A stretch of 38,345 nucleotides of DNA from Candidatus Thorarchaeota archaeon (GTDB lineage: Archaea; Asgardarchaeota; Thorarchaeia; Thorarchaeales; Thorarchaeaceae). The notes below the pieces were generated by a model, which was not told where the DNA came from, did no database searches, and saw nothing but the letters and a program-made list of their open reading frames with translations. The DNA lies in assembly GCA_029858305.1 (NCBI GenBank), contig JAOUFI010000017.1, positions 1 to 38,345 of the forward strand, given 5' to 3'. The position numbers and the translations under genes are program-made. Positions 8,960 to 18,352 of this stretch are shown here, piece after piece (within the stretch, counting starts at the first letter, position 1; the number at the start of each line of letters is the position of its first letter).

Positions 8960-9637
8960 ATGGGTGTCTTTGAGATTCTAGCAGCTTGGTTTGCTCTCTC
9001 GCTCACAGGGGCTCTTGCTCCAGGGCCACTGACTGCAGCGGTCGTCATGCAGAGTAGTAAATATGGAAGGTTGCATGGCATACTACCCATGGTTGGTCAT
9101 GCAATTGTTGAAGTTGGCATCATAGCGGCTATAATCATCAGTGTTCAGGCACTAACTCTCACTCCATTGATGATAGATCTTCTAGTTGGTTTTGGCGGCA
9201 TCGTGATTATTCTGTTCGGTTTTCTAGCTCTTCGTGATTATCGATATAGAGAAGAAATGAGGTCCAAGGATGCTACTAACATGACAGCTTCTTCTGTGAT
9301 TGAGGCAACAACACAGGGAGCAGCTGTCAGTATCCTTAGCCCATATTTCCTACTGTGGTGGTTCGGGGTTGGTCTTGCGAATGTGACAGTCCTAGTGGGG
9401 ACCCTCCAAATAGGAGTCGGCACTGTCTTTTTGGCTGGTGTCTTGATCTATATTACTCATGTTTCAACTGACTTCATTTATGGTGCAGTACTGACACTAG
9501 GTACTGATGTTGCCACAAAGAAAGCAAGTGTCGGAGATATAAACTGGGTAAGCGTAGTAATAGGTTTTGTTCAGATTGGTCTAGGGATCTGGTTTGTTAT
9601 TCTTGCAGCTCCAGGATTAATCGCTCTGATTGGCTGA
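8960..9637 (+). CDS. LysE/RhtB-family translocator
   Basis: LTGALAPGPL, GHAIVE, SPYFLLWW; ATG 8960 after GAGG preferred over track start 8894. Confidence 0.85.
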   Translation: MGVFEILAAWFALSLTGALAPGPLTAAVVMQSSKYGRLHGILPMVGHAIVEVGIIAAIIISVQALTLTPLMIDLLVGFGGIVIILFGFLALRDYRYREEMRSKDATNMTASSVIEATTQGAAVSILSPYFLLWWFGVGLANVTVLVGTLQIGVGTVFLAGVLIYITHVSTDFIYGAVLTLGTDVATKKASVGDINWVSVVIGFVQIGLGIWFVILAAPGLIALIG

Positions 9638-9700
9638 ATTTCAAAGACAATTGAGTAACAAGTCAGTTTTTACACAGAATTCTTTAGGACAACATTTTAC

Positions 9701-10327
9701 ATGAGTCTAGGTGATTCTGTGTCCAAGATACTTGTTACAGGTTTCGAACCCTTTGACGGATTTCTAATCAATCCCTCAGAAGAGATCGCTAAAGCACTCG
9801 ATGGAAAGAAAATCAATCAACACTCAATAATTGGAATTGTCCTGCCGCTCGATTACAAGAATGCCCTGAACATACTAGATCAAGCCTTACATAAGCATCA
9901 TCCCGACTATATTTTATGCTTTGGACAAGCCAATAGAGCTGTAATCACCATAGAACGAATTGCCATCAATGTACTGAGTACGAAGAAAACTGACAATTAT
10001 AACAACACTCCAGAAACTGATGTCATAAATTTTGAAGGTCCAGCCGCCTACTTCGCAAACTTAGAACCACAACCGCTTGTCCAGATCCTCAGGGATAAGG
10101 AAATTCCTGCAGACATTAGCTATCACGCTGGAACTTATGGATGTAATTGGCTGTTTTACAATGTGATGCAAAGAATAGAAACAAGTGGTCTGGATATTCA
10201 AGCAACATTTATTCACTTGCCACCCCTTCCAGCACAAGCCATTCAGAAGGATATCATGTCTCTTGCAACAATGCCACTAGATCTGCAAATTGAAGCTGTA
10301 GTTGAAATCATTAAATCTCTAAGTTAG
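9701..10327 (+). CDS. pcp: Pyroglutamyl-peptidase I (C15)
   Basis: ILVTGFEPF, INPS, IERIAIN, AGTYGCN, FIHLP: Glu-Cys-His triad present. Confidence 0.95.
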   Translation: MSLGDSVSKILVTGFEPFDGFLINPSEEIAKALDGKKINQHSIIGIVLPLDYKNALNILDQALHKHHPDYILCFGQANRAVITIERIAINVLSTKKTDNYNNTPETDVINFEGPAAYFANLEPQPLVQILRDKEIPADISYHAGTYGCNWLFYNVMQRIETSGLDIQATFIHLPPLPAQAIQKDIMSLATMPLDLQIEAVVEIIKSLS

Positions 10328-11099
10328 GTGAATTACCTATCTCTTCGCCAAAGATTTTCAGAATTATGAATCCTAATAATGCTCCTAAGAGAGTTGCGAT
10401 GATTCGTTCTACAATCATCACTGGAAAAATTACAAATCCAAATACTGCCGCTGGTATTTGGAGAATGTAGACAGAACCCATAGCCATCATGGAATGGTCT
10501 AGCATTGCTCCGAGAAATGTGAAAGGAATGAGTTGGAGGTATGACCGACTCGGATTGAATTCGAATCTCTTAATCTGGAACACAGCCGCAACAATAGCAG
10601 CAAGCATGTAGGGTAACATAAACCACCATGCTTCATAGACCACAATCTCATAGAGAGCTATCACTATAGCAAGATAAATTGCTGTAAAGAGAGGTCCTGG
10701 TATCGAAGTATTCGCTACCTTGGTTACTCGTTTCAATGACAACCCAGTGAATAGTGCAGCAACAGCAGGTCCCATAATTGTTGTTGGAATAATTAGGTAT
10801 ACTCCACCTCCGAATGGTAGGCTTACTATTGTTGCAATTATTCCTGCAATTAAACCAAAAACAAATCCTTTCCAAGGTCCCATGATTATCCCTATAATTG
10901 GCGCAACACAGATAGCAAAACTAAGAATACTACTCAGACCTGCTGTTCCTATGAAACCACTCATCGGCAACAAGGCAAGTACTGCATAGAGTGCAATTAG
11001 GATAACGCCAACTGCTATCTTCTTTGTTTGACTTGATGTACCAAAGAGTTCCATCGCTTGACTATTTGCATCAGTGGACAATGATATACCACTCCGCAA
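10311..11099 (-). CDS. Polytopic membrane protein, ECF-transporter S-component-like
   Basis: ALYAVL, APIIGIIMGPWKG pattern and C-terminal P...ERI; about 7-8 TM helices. Confidence 0.6.
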   Translation of the reverse strand: MRSGISLSTDANSQAMELFGTSSQTKKIAVGVILIALYAVLALLPMSGFIGTAGLSSILSFAICVAPIIGIIMGPWKGFVFGLIAGIIATIVSLPFGGGVYLIIPTTIMGPAVAALFTGLSLKRVTKVANTSIPGPLFTAIYLAIVIALYEIVVYEAWWFMLPYMLAAIVAAVFQIKRFEFNPSRSYLQLIPFTFLGAMLDHSMMAMGSVYILQIPAAVFGFVIFPVMIVERIIATLLGALLGFIILKIFGEEIGNSPNLEI

Positions 11100-11168
11100 A
11101 CCGTCTGCGAATTGATGGCTTTATGACACTTGTGGTCTGCTGGAATCACTTTTTTAATCTCAACCGAA

Positions 11169-12185
11169 TTACTCTGGATAGAAATCCCAGAAATGAGTCA
11201 CCTTCCAATCATTTCCGACCTGTTTATCGCCCCGTAAATCAGTAAGAACTCCATCGTCGAATGGATAGAACCATAGGTCATTGCTATTGTTTACAGTAAT
11301 TAAATCCGGTTTACCTGGAGTTCTCCAATGGCCAACAAGATACTTCCAATCCTTTCTAAAATCTTTATCAGATTCCCACTGTTGCTTCTCAGAGAAGGTG
11401 AAATGATCCTTCTTTGGGTTTGACCCGTAAGGATAGAGCCTTAATCTGTTATCCCTGAATGCAAGCATATCTGGTCTTCCATGACAAAGCCATTCATCCA
11501 TGAGAAGATGCTCATAGTTTTTGGGTTTGAAATCATCTCCAACTTTGTAATTACGTTGTTTGTAGAAAGTTTCACCATTAAACTCAAAGACAATGAGGTC
11601 TCCATTATCTTTCCTTATCAGAATGTCCGGAGTAGATCCTCCACTCCAATATCCCGGATAGATATCTGGAACGTCCTTCTTATCAAATCCATTTCCTACT
11701 TTTTCTTTGCTACCTAGATCTTTGAATTCTCTTCCATTCCAAGGATACAACCGAAGGTTTCCATCCTCATCGCGAACAAGAAGGTCTGATGTTCCATTCC
11801 CTGTCCATTCTGCAACATAGTAATCCAAAGTGTCTCGAAATCCCTTTCCCACCTTGTCTCCGGTTCCCCTTAACATGAAAGTTTCATCTCTGAATGGAAA
11901 ATGCCGGAGGTCTCCATCTTCTTCAAGAACTATGATAGACGAGCCACCACCGATTCTTCTATGGTATGGGGGTATTTCTGTTGGTGTCCAGTATCCTGGA
12001 AGGTACTTTTTAAAGTGCCAATCTCGGCCAACCTCTCTTCCAGTACTCTGTCCTTTTGGAGGGTAAAAACCGTATTTCCCCTCATAGTAAAATAGGGGAA
12101 ACCACTTCAAATCGCCATTATTCATCCGAACAATCAAACCAGGCATCATGAATTCCTCTCCAAACAGAAAGGGTCTTTCTCTCAT
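11169..12185 (-). CDS. FG-GAP/tachylectin-like repeat beta-propeller protein
   Basis: Six ~55-aa repeats D(L/I)L.R..DG.L..(Y/F)P...VG..(W/F)...G.W.G.G.PD. Confidence 0.7.
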   Translation of the reverse strand: MRERPFLFGEEFMMPGLIVRMNNGDLKWFPLFYYEGKYGFYPPKGQSTGREVGRDWHFKKYLPGYWTPTEIPPYHRRIGGGSSIIVLEEDGDLRHFPFRDETFMLRGTGDKVGKGFRDTLDYYVAEWTGNGTSDLLVRDEDGNLRLYPWNGREFKDLGSKEKVGNGFDKKDVPDIYPGYWSGGSTPDILIRKDNGDLIVFEFNGETFYKQRNYKVGDDFKPKNYEHLLMDEWLCHGRPDMLAFRDNRLRLYPYGSNPKKDHFTFSEKQQWESDKDFRKDWKYLVGHWRTPGKPDLITVNNSNDLWFYPFDDGVLTDLRGDKQVGNDWKVTHFWDFYPE

Positions 12186-12251
12186 AACTGTTTATTGCAT
12201 GTGCGCTAGAGAAAAACGTTTTAGAGGGACTGCATAACTTCGCGATTTAAC

Positions 12252-13580
12252 ATGGAGGCTCCTGTTGTGAGTGAAGAGACCTTTGATGTCATAATTGTGG
12301 GTGCTGGTGTTCTTGGAGTTGCCACAGCGTATTATATTCAATTGAACAGTCCTGAGAAGAAGATCCTTCTTATTGATAGGAATCTTGCTGCGGGTCAAGC
12401 CAATACAGCTATGAGCGCAGCCGCTGTTAGGAATATGTTTGCATCTTCTACAAATCAGATTCTCACTGATACGTCAATTAAATACTTTGAATACGTTCAG
12501 AATGAACTCGGTCATGAGCTTTTCTTTGAGAAAACAGGGTATCTCTGGTTGCTGAGCGAGTCACAGTTCAAACAAGAGAGTGTTCAATTATGGATGCAAC
12601 GCATGAAAGCATCTGGCGTGCATTACAAGGTCTATAATAAGAAAGAGCTAAAAGAATTGATCCCTGGGCTTAATGTAGACTTTTCTGGTGACGAAGAGGC
12701 TGAGCTTATGCATCTCCAAGAAGCAGACTTCGGTCTCTTTGGTGGTGATTGTGGGGTCCTAGACCCTACACGTCTTGTAGAGCATTACTTCGAGGAGTTC
12801 AAGAAAATCACCCATGTGAAACCTCGATTTGGTGTCTGTGTCAAGAAGCTGCTTCTCGAGGCAGTTCCAAAATTGGACCTTCCAGGGGAGCCACATGTTT
12901 GGCAACAGAAAAAGGTGACTGGAGTAATCACAGATAAGGGAACAATGAGAGCGAAAACAGTTGTGCTTGCTACTGGTGCTTGGGCGAACGAGCTTCTCGA
13001 CCCTGTTGGTATTGATAGTATGACAAAGGCAAAGAAACGACAGCTGTTTGTTATTCATGCTGAAGATAATCCCAAACTACATGATTTGCTTGATACAAAG
13101 GGTTTCAATGAGCTTGGCTGCATTCCATTTACTATACTCCCATCAGCAGGCGTCTATTTCAGACCTCAGCTACAGGAGCGAGGTTTCTGGATTGGTTGTG
13201 GTGACAAGTTTGGCCGTGGTTATGAGTATATCCAGACCGATGATATGATGGTTCCTGAGAGTGCCTACTATGAAAATAGCATGTATCCAGTCTTAGCAAA
13301 ATATCTTCCTGCCTTTGAGAGTGCTCGTCCAGTGAATAGCTGGGCTGGAGGATATTGCTATTCCCCAGATAGGATACCATTTGTCTACGAGGAATGCGGA
13401 GTTCTAGTTGTAAATGGCGCATCAGGCTCTGGAATCATGAAAGCTGACGCACTAGGAAGGATTGCAGATGCACTTTATCGTGGTGAACCTGAAGCTGAGC
13501 TTTTTGGAGGAAAGCATGTTTCATCTAAAATGCTCTCAATTAAAGATCGCAATGTAGAAATTGAGAGTGTAGTCATATAG
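12252..13580 (+). CDS. FAD-dependent oxidoreductase (DAO/sarcosine oxidase beta/proline dehydrogenase family)
   Basis: IIVGAGVLG dinucleotide fold, VVLATGAWA, WAGGY..SPD, SGSGIMKA. Confidence 0.9.
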   Translation: MEAPVVSEETFDVIIVGAGVLGVATAYYIQLNSPEKKILLIDRNLAAGQANTAMSAAAVRNMFASSTNQILTDTSIKYFEYVQNELGHELFFEKTGYLWLLSESQFKQESVQLWMQRMKASGVHYKVYNKKELKELIPGLNVDFSGDEEAELMHLQEADFGLFGGDCGVLDPTRLVEHYFEEFKKITHVKPRFGVCVKKLLLEAVPKLDLPGEPHVWQQKKVTGVITDKGTMRAKTVVLATGAWANELLDPVGIDSMTKAKKRQLFVIHAEDNPKLHDLLDTKGFNELGCIPFTILPSAGVYFRPQLQERGFWIGCGDKFGRGYEYIQTDDMMVPESAYYENSMYPVLAKYLPAFESARPVNSWAGGYCYSPDRIPFVYEECGVLVVNGASGSGIMKADALGRIADALYRGEPEAELFGGKHVSSKMLSIKDRNVEIESVVI

Positions 13581-13590
13581 AATAAAGTGT

Positions 13591-13622
13591 GATATGATAG
13601 TCAATGACTCATATCCATTTTT
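13591..13622 (+). terminator. Possible hairpin plus T-tract terminator after the FAD oxidoreductase
   Basis: GATATG..AGTC-AAT-GACT-CATATC followed by CATTTTTT. Confidence 0.35.
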
Positions 13623-13633
13623 CACTCTATTAC

Positions 13634-13782
13634 AAAACCCTATAAGACAGACAGTATTTTCTAAATTGAGCCAAATGGCTCATACAGCCCGACTGTATAT
13701 CAGGCTCTCTATCTAGAGAACCATTTTCCAGGCAGGCAACTATCGATGTACGAACGACATCCGCTATCACGAGGTGGATCAT
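13634..13782 (+). promoter_or_regulatory. BRE/TATA promoter and ~115-nt structured 5' leader of corA (riboswitch-like candidate)
   Basis: AAAACCC-TATAAG at 13634-13646; consecutive hairpins from 13667; last stem pairs over SD GAGGTG (13771-13776). Confidence 0.45.
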
Positions 13783-14739
13783 ATGAGCAACGAGTGTCCA
13801 GAAAATGGAAGTATCTCCATTATGGCTTTGGAGAGTGGTATAAAGTATGCCAGCCTAGACGAGGCACCTGATGTACCCTTGCTCATAGAACTTGTTGGAG
13901 TTCGACCTAATGATTTAGCTAAATTGTCCCAACGCTTCACCATCGATCTTGAAGATCTTCAGGACATACAAGACCTTGATGAACGTCCACGTCTGCAGAT
14001 AGAAGACAAGTATACCATGATAGTTCTTCGCGTTCCTGTAAACCTCAGAATCAAAGAACGTCAGAACTCAACAATTCCCATCGCAATTTTCACAAATGGA
14101 CGCGATTTAATTATCATTCAGAATGATGAAGTCCCATTACGAAAACCAAAGCTACGTCAGAAGATCTACCTCAGTACGACTGCTGCGGATATAATCTATA
14201 AGTGGTGGGAGATAGTCATCCATTCCTATGAAACGACCCTGGATATTGTTGAAGCAACCATCAATGAGACCGAAGATATCATCATGAGTGAGATCTATCC
14301 GTCCCAACTTGAGTGGTTTTTCCAGCTATCTCGCGACGCAATATTCATCGAAGCCGCACTTAAGGCAAATATGAAAGTTCTCCTAAAACTGGAGCGAACC
14401 CATGTTCTTGGTAGAATGATACTTGATGTAGATAGACTTGAGGAATTGGAGGTTGATCTCCAGCAGCAGGTAGAGCTTAGCGCTATCTACAGGGAATTGA
14501 TTGAGAATGCGATGAATGCCTATGATAGCATGGTCAGTCATAATCTGAATATAGTCATTAAGACGTTAACATCTATCTCACTTCTTGTCAGTGTCCCTAC
14601 TCTCATTGCTAGTATCTGGGGAATGAATGTTGGGCTTCCGTTTGAGGATGAGCTTCTAGCTTTCCCAATCGTAATGGGCTTAAGTTTCGCCATTTCTTTG
14701 CCCCTATTATTGATACTTAGAAAGAAGAATTTGGTCTAG
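13783..14739 (+). CDS. corA: CorA-family Mg2+/Co2+ transporter
   Basis: D.DERPR, PTLIASIWGMN signature, two C-terminal TM helices; ATG 13783 follows SD GAGGTG. Confidence 0.93.
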   Translation: MSNECPENGSISIMALESGIKYASLDEAPDVPLLIELVGVRPNDLAKLSQRFTIDLEDLQDIQDLDERPRLQIEDKYTMIVLRVPVNLRIKERQNSTIPIAIFTNGRDLIIIQNDEVPLRKPKLRQKIYLSTTAADIIYKWWEIVIHSYETTLDIVEATINETEDIIMSEIYPSQLEWFFQLSRDAIFIEAALKANMKVLLKLERTHVLGRMILDVDRLEELEVDLQQQVELSAIYRELIENAMNAYDSMVSHNLNIVIKTLTSISLLVSVPTLIASIWGMNVGLPFEDELLAFPIVMGLSFAISLPLLLILRKKNLV

Positions 14740-14751
14740 ATTGATATTTTT

Positions 14752-15354
14752 TCATTTTCTTGCGAGAATCCAGAAGTGTGTTTCGCCTCCTGAAGTCAAG
14801 TTTTTGGCAAAAAGAACTGAGAAACCTGCTTTTTTCACAAGATTCAGACTATCGCTTGCTCCTGCATGGTTCCATACCATTCTAACGCCAAAATATTTTT
14901 CATCACCTGACCAATCATCACGAGCTGTACCAACCAAATTGATTCCGCCAGGTCTTAGCCAACGATGCATCTTCTTATAGAGTTCAAAATGAAGATCTCG
15001 ATGTATATGGATTAACGCATATGTTGAGATAATGCCATCAAATGAGGCATTCTCAAACTCTGTCTTCGTAACATCTCCAAAGAACAACTCTGCCTCTGGA
15101 ACATTTCTCCTGGCAATTTCAAGCATACCTTTCGAGAAGTCAATACCTTTAACAACGAATCCTCGCTGTGCAAGAATCTTAAGGATTGGTCCTCCACCAC
15201 ATCCTATGTCCAGTACAACTCCCTTTTCAGGGAGATAGGAGATGAATTCTTCAATCTGATCGCTGTCATCGAAGATACCGCGTTTTTTATTGTACTCTTC
15301 GGCGATCCTGTCATATCCATTTTTAACAATTCTTGCATGTTCTTCTGGGTCCAT
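14752..15354 (-). CDS. Class I SAM-dependent methyltransferase
   Basis: VLDIGCGGG, GIDFS..ML, FDGI...YALIH, WLRPGG. Confidence 0.9.
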   Translation of the reverse strand: MDPEEHARIVKNGYDRIAEEYNKKRGIFDDSDQIEEFISYLPEKGVVLDIGCGGGPILKILAQRGFVVKGIDFSKGMLEIARRNVPEAELFFGDVTKTEFENASFDGIISTYALIHIHRDLHFELYKKMHRWLRPGGINLVGTARDDWSGDEKYFGVRMVWNHAGASDSLNLVKKAGFSVLFAKNLTSGGETHFWILARK

Positions 15355-15435
15355 ATTTCAATCTCTTTTTGATGCGTTTCCTTCCACACTTATCTGTTAT
15401 GTAAGTCGAACTTATTTACTCAAAATGCAATAGGT

Positions 15436-16407
15436 TTGACTATGAAAATAGGTGTTCTCACGAGTGGTGGCGATGCTCCTGCAATGAATGCTGCTATTCG
15501 TGCTATCACGAGAGTTGGAATACATCGTAAATGTGAGGTTCATGGTATATTTGGTGGATTTCAGGGGATTCTTGATCCGCAAATCCATGAGTTAAATTCT
15601 CGGTCTGTTTCCAGAATTTTGCATAGAGGTGGTACTTTTCTTACCACTGGTAGGTCTGAAGAGTTCAAGACTGAGGAAGGCCTAAAAAAAGCTGCAAAGA
15701 TATTATCGGAACGTGGTTTTGATGCGCTAATTGCTATTGGTGGTGACGGGACAATGCGTGGATTGGCTGCACTCAGTAGGCATTGGAACGGGAAACTTCT
15801 TGGACTTCCTGGAACTATTGACAACGATCTTTATGGAACGGATTATACCATTGGTTTTGATACAGCTGTGAATAATGCCTTGGAAGCACTGGACAAGATT
15901 CGGGATACTGCTGAAGCCTTTTCGCGCACATTTCTTGTAGAGGTAATGGGAAGAAAGGCCGGATTCATTGCATTTCATGTGGGATTTGCGACAGGTGCAT
16001 CAGCAATACTTATGCCTGAAACAACAACAACCATTGAAGAATTAGCTGAGAAAGTTCTGAAAGCAAAAGAAAGAGCTAAATCGAGTGTTCTTGTTGTTGT
16101 CGCAGAAGGCGATGAGTTGGGAAATGCTGATACTATTGGAAAAGCACTGTCTCAAAGAATCGGAGAGAAATGTAGAGTATCAGTTCTAGGATACATCCAG
16201 AGGGGCGGAAACCCAACGCATTCTGATAGGATTCTCGCTACTCGTCTTGGGGCTTATGCTATCGAATGCCTCTTGAGTGGAAAAGACGGAGGCATGGTTG
16301 GTGAGATGAATGGTGAGCTTGTTTTAACGCCATTTGAGGATACTTGGACGAAAAAGAAATCCCTTGACGAATGGATGATGGGACTTCTTGATGAATTATC
16401 AAGCTAG
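15436..16407 (+). CDS. pfkA: ATP-dependent 6-phosphofructokinase (PfkA family)
   Basis: LTSGGDAPAMN, IGGDG, PGTIDND, EVMGR, QRGG; Gly at both donor-specificity positions indicates ATP type; start may be ATG 15442. Confidence 0.95.
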   Translation: MTMKIGVLTSGGDAPAMNAAIRAITRVGIHRKCEVHGIFGGFQGILDPQIHELNSRSVSRILHRGGTFLTTGRSEEFKTEEGLKKAAKILSERGFDALIAIGGDGTMRGLAALSRHWNGKLLGLPGTIDNDLYGTDYTIGFDTAVNNALEALDKIRDTAEAFSRTFLVEVMGRKAGFIAFHVGFATGASAILMPETTTTIEELAEKVLKAKERAKSSVLVVVAEGDELGNADTIGKALSQRIGEKCRVSVLGYIQRGGNPTHSDRILATRLGAYAIECLLSGKDGGMVGEMNGELVLTPFEDTWTKKKSLDEWMMGLLDELSS

Positions 16408-16484
16408 TTCTTTAACCAAGTTTTATCCACATCTAGGTAAACTAATACGTAAGGAAGTGCAATGGATTTTCGAGGTCGAGTTCT

Positions 16485-16952
16485 TTGGTCTTCAAGTATT
16501 TAGCTGATTACCATTTATGGGCTGGATGGAAGATGAGGGAGCTTCTGAGTGGCTTGGATTCAGATACTTTTGTAAAAATTGTGGCAGGAAAAAGCCCAAA
16601 GGACCTCATTCAACATATTGTATTGGCCTTGGAAACATGTTTCTATTTCATTGACGATGGCAAGGATGAATCAGTCTTTGACAGAGTTAAGAGATTACCT
16701 CGACAAGAACTGCTTTCACGATGGGAAATTCTAGATACCAGACTAAGTCATGCAATTGAAGAGATACCTCAAGGAAAGATAACTGTCACTCATATTAGAG
16801 ATGAGCCCTTTGAGATTGATATCTTTGATTTTTTTCTTCAATACCTACTTCACACAACACACCATCGTGGCCAGTTGGCAGTAGTTTTGAGTAATCTCGG
16901 GTATGATGTTCCGGGAACTGATTATTTGATGTTCTTTGGAGAAAATATGTAG
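16485..16952 (+). CDS. DinB/YfiT-like metalloprotein
   Basis: QHIV and HTTHHRGQ His triad, PGTD. Confidence 0.85.
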   Translation: MVFKYLADYHLWAGWKMRELLSGLDSDTFVKIVAGKSPKDLIQHIVLALETCFYFIDDGKDESVFDRVKRLPRQELLSRWEILDTRLSHAIEEIPQGKITVTHIRDEPFEIDIFDFFLQYLLHTTHHRGQLAVVLSNLGYDVPGTDYLMFFGENM

Positions 16953-17031
16953 TAGTTCGAAATGGCGTTGAACATAGTATTAATTATCAATTTTACGTGG
17001 GCGCGAAACACTATTGAAATATCGATAGACC

Positions 17032-17865
17032 TTGAAAAGGGAGTGTTTCCTTTTGGGAAGAAGATTAACCAGAGAAGAGATATCCTCTATAGGAATCTAC
17101 GGATTCCTCGGCTATATTGGAGCATTCAATAGTCCATATATTGGAGGAATTCAAGGAACAAAAAAACTTCAAGAAAAACTGAATATCAAAAACTCAACAG
17201 ATTTCCATGTCCTAGAGATTGGTTGTGCAACTGGTTATGCCGCCTGTATGCTCGGAGAAGAATACGGATGCAAGGTAACTGGAATTGACATTTCAGATGT
17301 ACTAATAGAAAAAGCCAAGGAGCGTGCAGATAAACGAGGATTAGAAAACGTAAATTTTCAAACAGCTGACGCAATAAATCTTCCATTCGAAGATGATACC
17401 TTCGATGCTGTTTATGGTGTTGCAGTGACTGCATTAGTACCAGACAGTCTAAAAGCCCTTTCAGAGTATTATCGCGTCGTCCGTCCGGGGGGTATCGTGG
17501 GAACTCTTGATCTATTTCTTAGTAAAACTGCACCAATTGAACTCGCTGAAAAAATCAATGAAGTAATGAGTGGAGTGCTTGGTGGTGATGTTGCTATTCG
17601 ATCTATAGATGAATGGAGAACATTGTTTGATCATACTCCACTTGTTGAAACCGAACTTACTGAAACATTTGGTGAGGTCTTTGAAAATCCAAAAGACAGA
17701 CTAAGTTCGATATCTGCTACTTTTCGACTTTTCTATCATATGCTTGTTAATAAGACAGTACGCTCAAAAATGTCTGAAGCATTGAGATTACGAAAGGTAG
17801 CAAATTTGAAAGAAGGTGCAGATCAGAAACATGTAGGTTATCTCACATTCACAGGAATGAAATAG
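17032..17865 (+). CDS. Class I SAM-dependent methyltransferase
   Basis: VLEIGCATG, GIDIS, LPFEDDTFDAV, RVVRPGG; start may be TTG 17053. Confidence 0.9.
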   Translation: MKRECFLLGRRLTREEISSIGIYGFLGYIGAFNSPYIGGIQGTKKLQEKLNIKNSTDFHVLEIGCATGYAACMLGEEYGCKVTGIDISDVLIEKAKERADKRGLENVNFQTADAINLPFEDDTFDAVYGVAVTALVPDSLKALSEYYRVVRPGGIVGTLDLFLSKTAPIELAEKINEVMSGVLGGDVAIRSIDEWRTLFDHTPLVETELTETFGEVFENPKDRLSSISATFRLFYHMLVNKTVRSKMSEALRLRKVANLKEGADQKHVGYLTFTGMK

Positions 17866-18352
17866 TATAAACTGCAAAATGGTGTAATCCACTTTCATTG
17901 AGAACAAGAACTAACTGTTCTTTTTGAATTTCTGAATCTAATTATTGCATATGCTCAATTTGCTTTCATGCATCCACTCTATTTGTTTTCTATCCACAAA
18001 TAATCTGCCGGTCGGTTCGTAGTGTTTGTACACACTCCTAGCCTCTCACACGGAATGTAATAAAAAAGCAGAGGTTTTAGATAAGTTCAACGGTCTTCTT
18101 CCATTTGAGATGCCTTTCTTTTCGGGTTAGTCACTGCGCTCTTGTACTAGATGGTATCCTTATCCTTCATTTTTCCAGTCAATGTGCTTTCATAACTCAC
18201 AGTGATTTTTACTTCCCATTCAGTTTACTCAAGAAGCCAAGAAGGGTATATAAGTGTGTCTTTTAAAGCATTAAGTTTAGCAAGGTTTATTACCCCAACC
18301 ATTATCGTATACCTTGTTGGTTTTTTTAATTACAGATTGAGAGGAGAACAAT

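Noticed and set aside
17938-18033. 31-aa minus-strand ORF (MYKHYEPTGRLFVD...) with AGGAG nearby
   Set aside because: Too short, SD spacing too tight and no supporting motif
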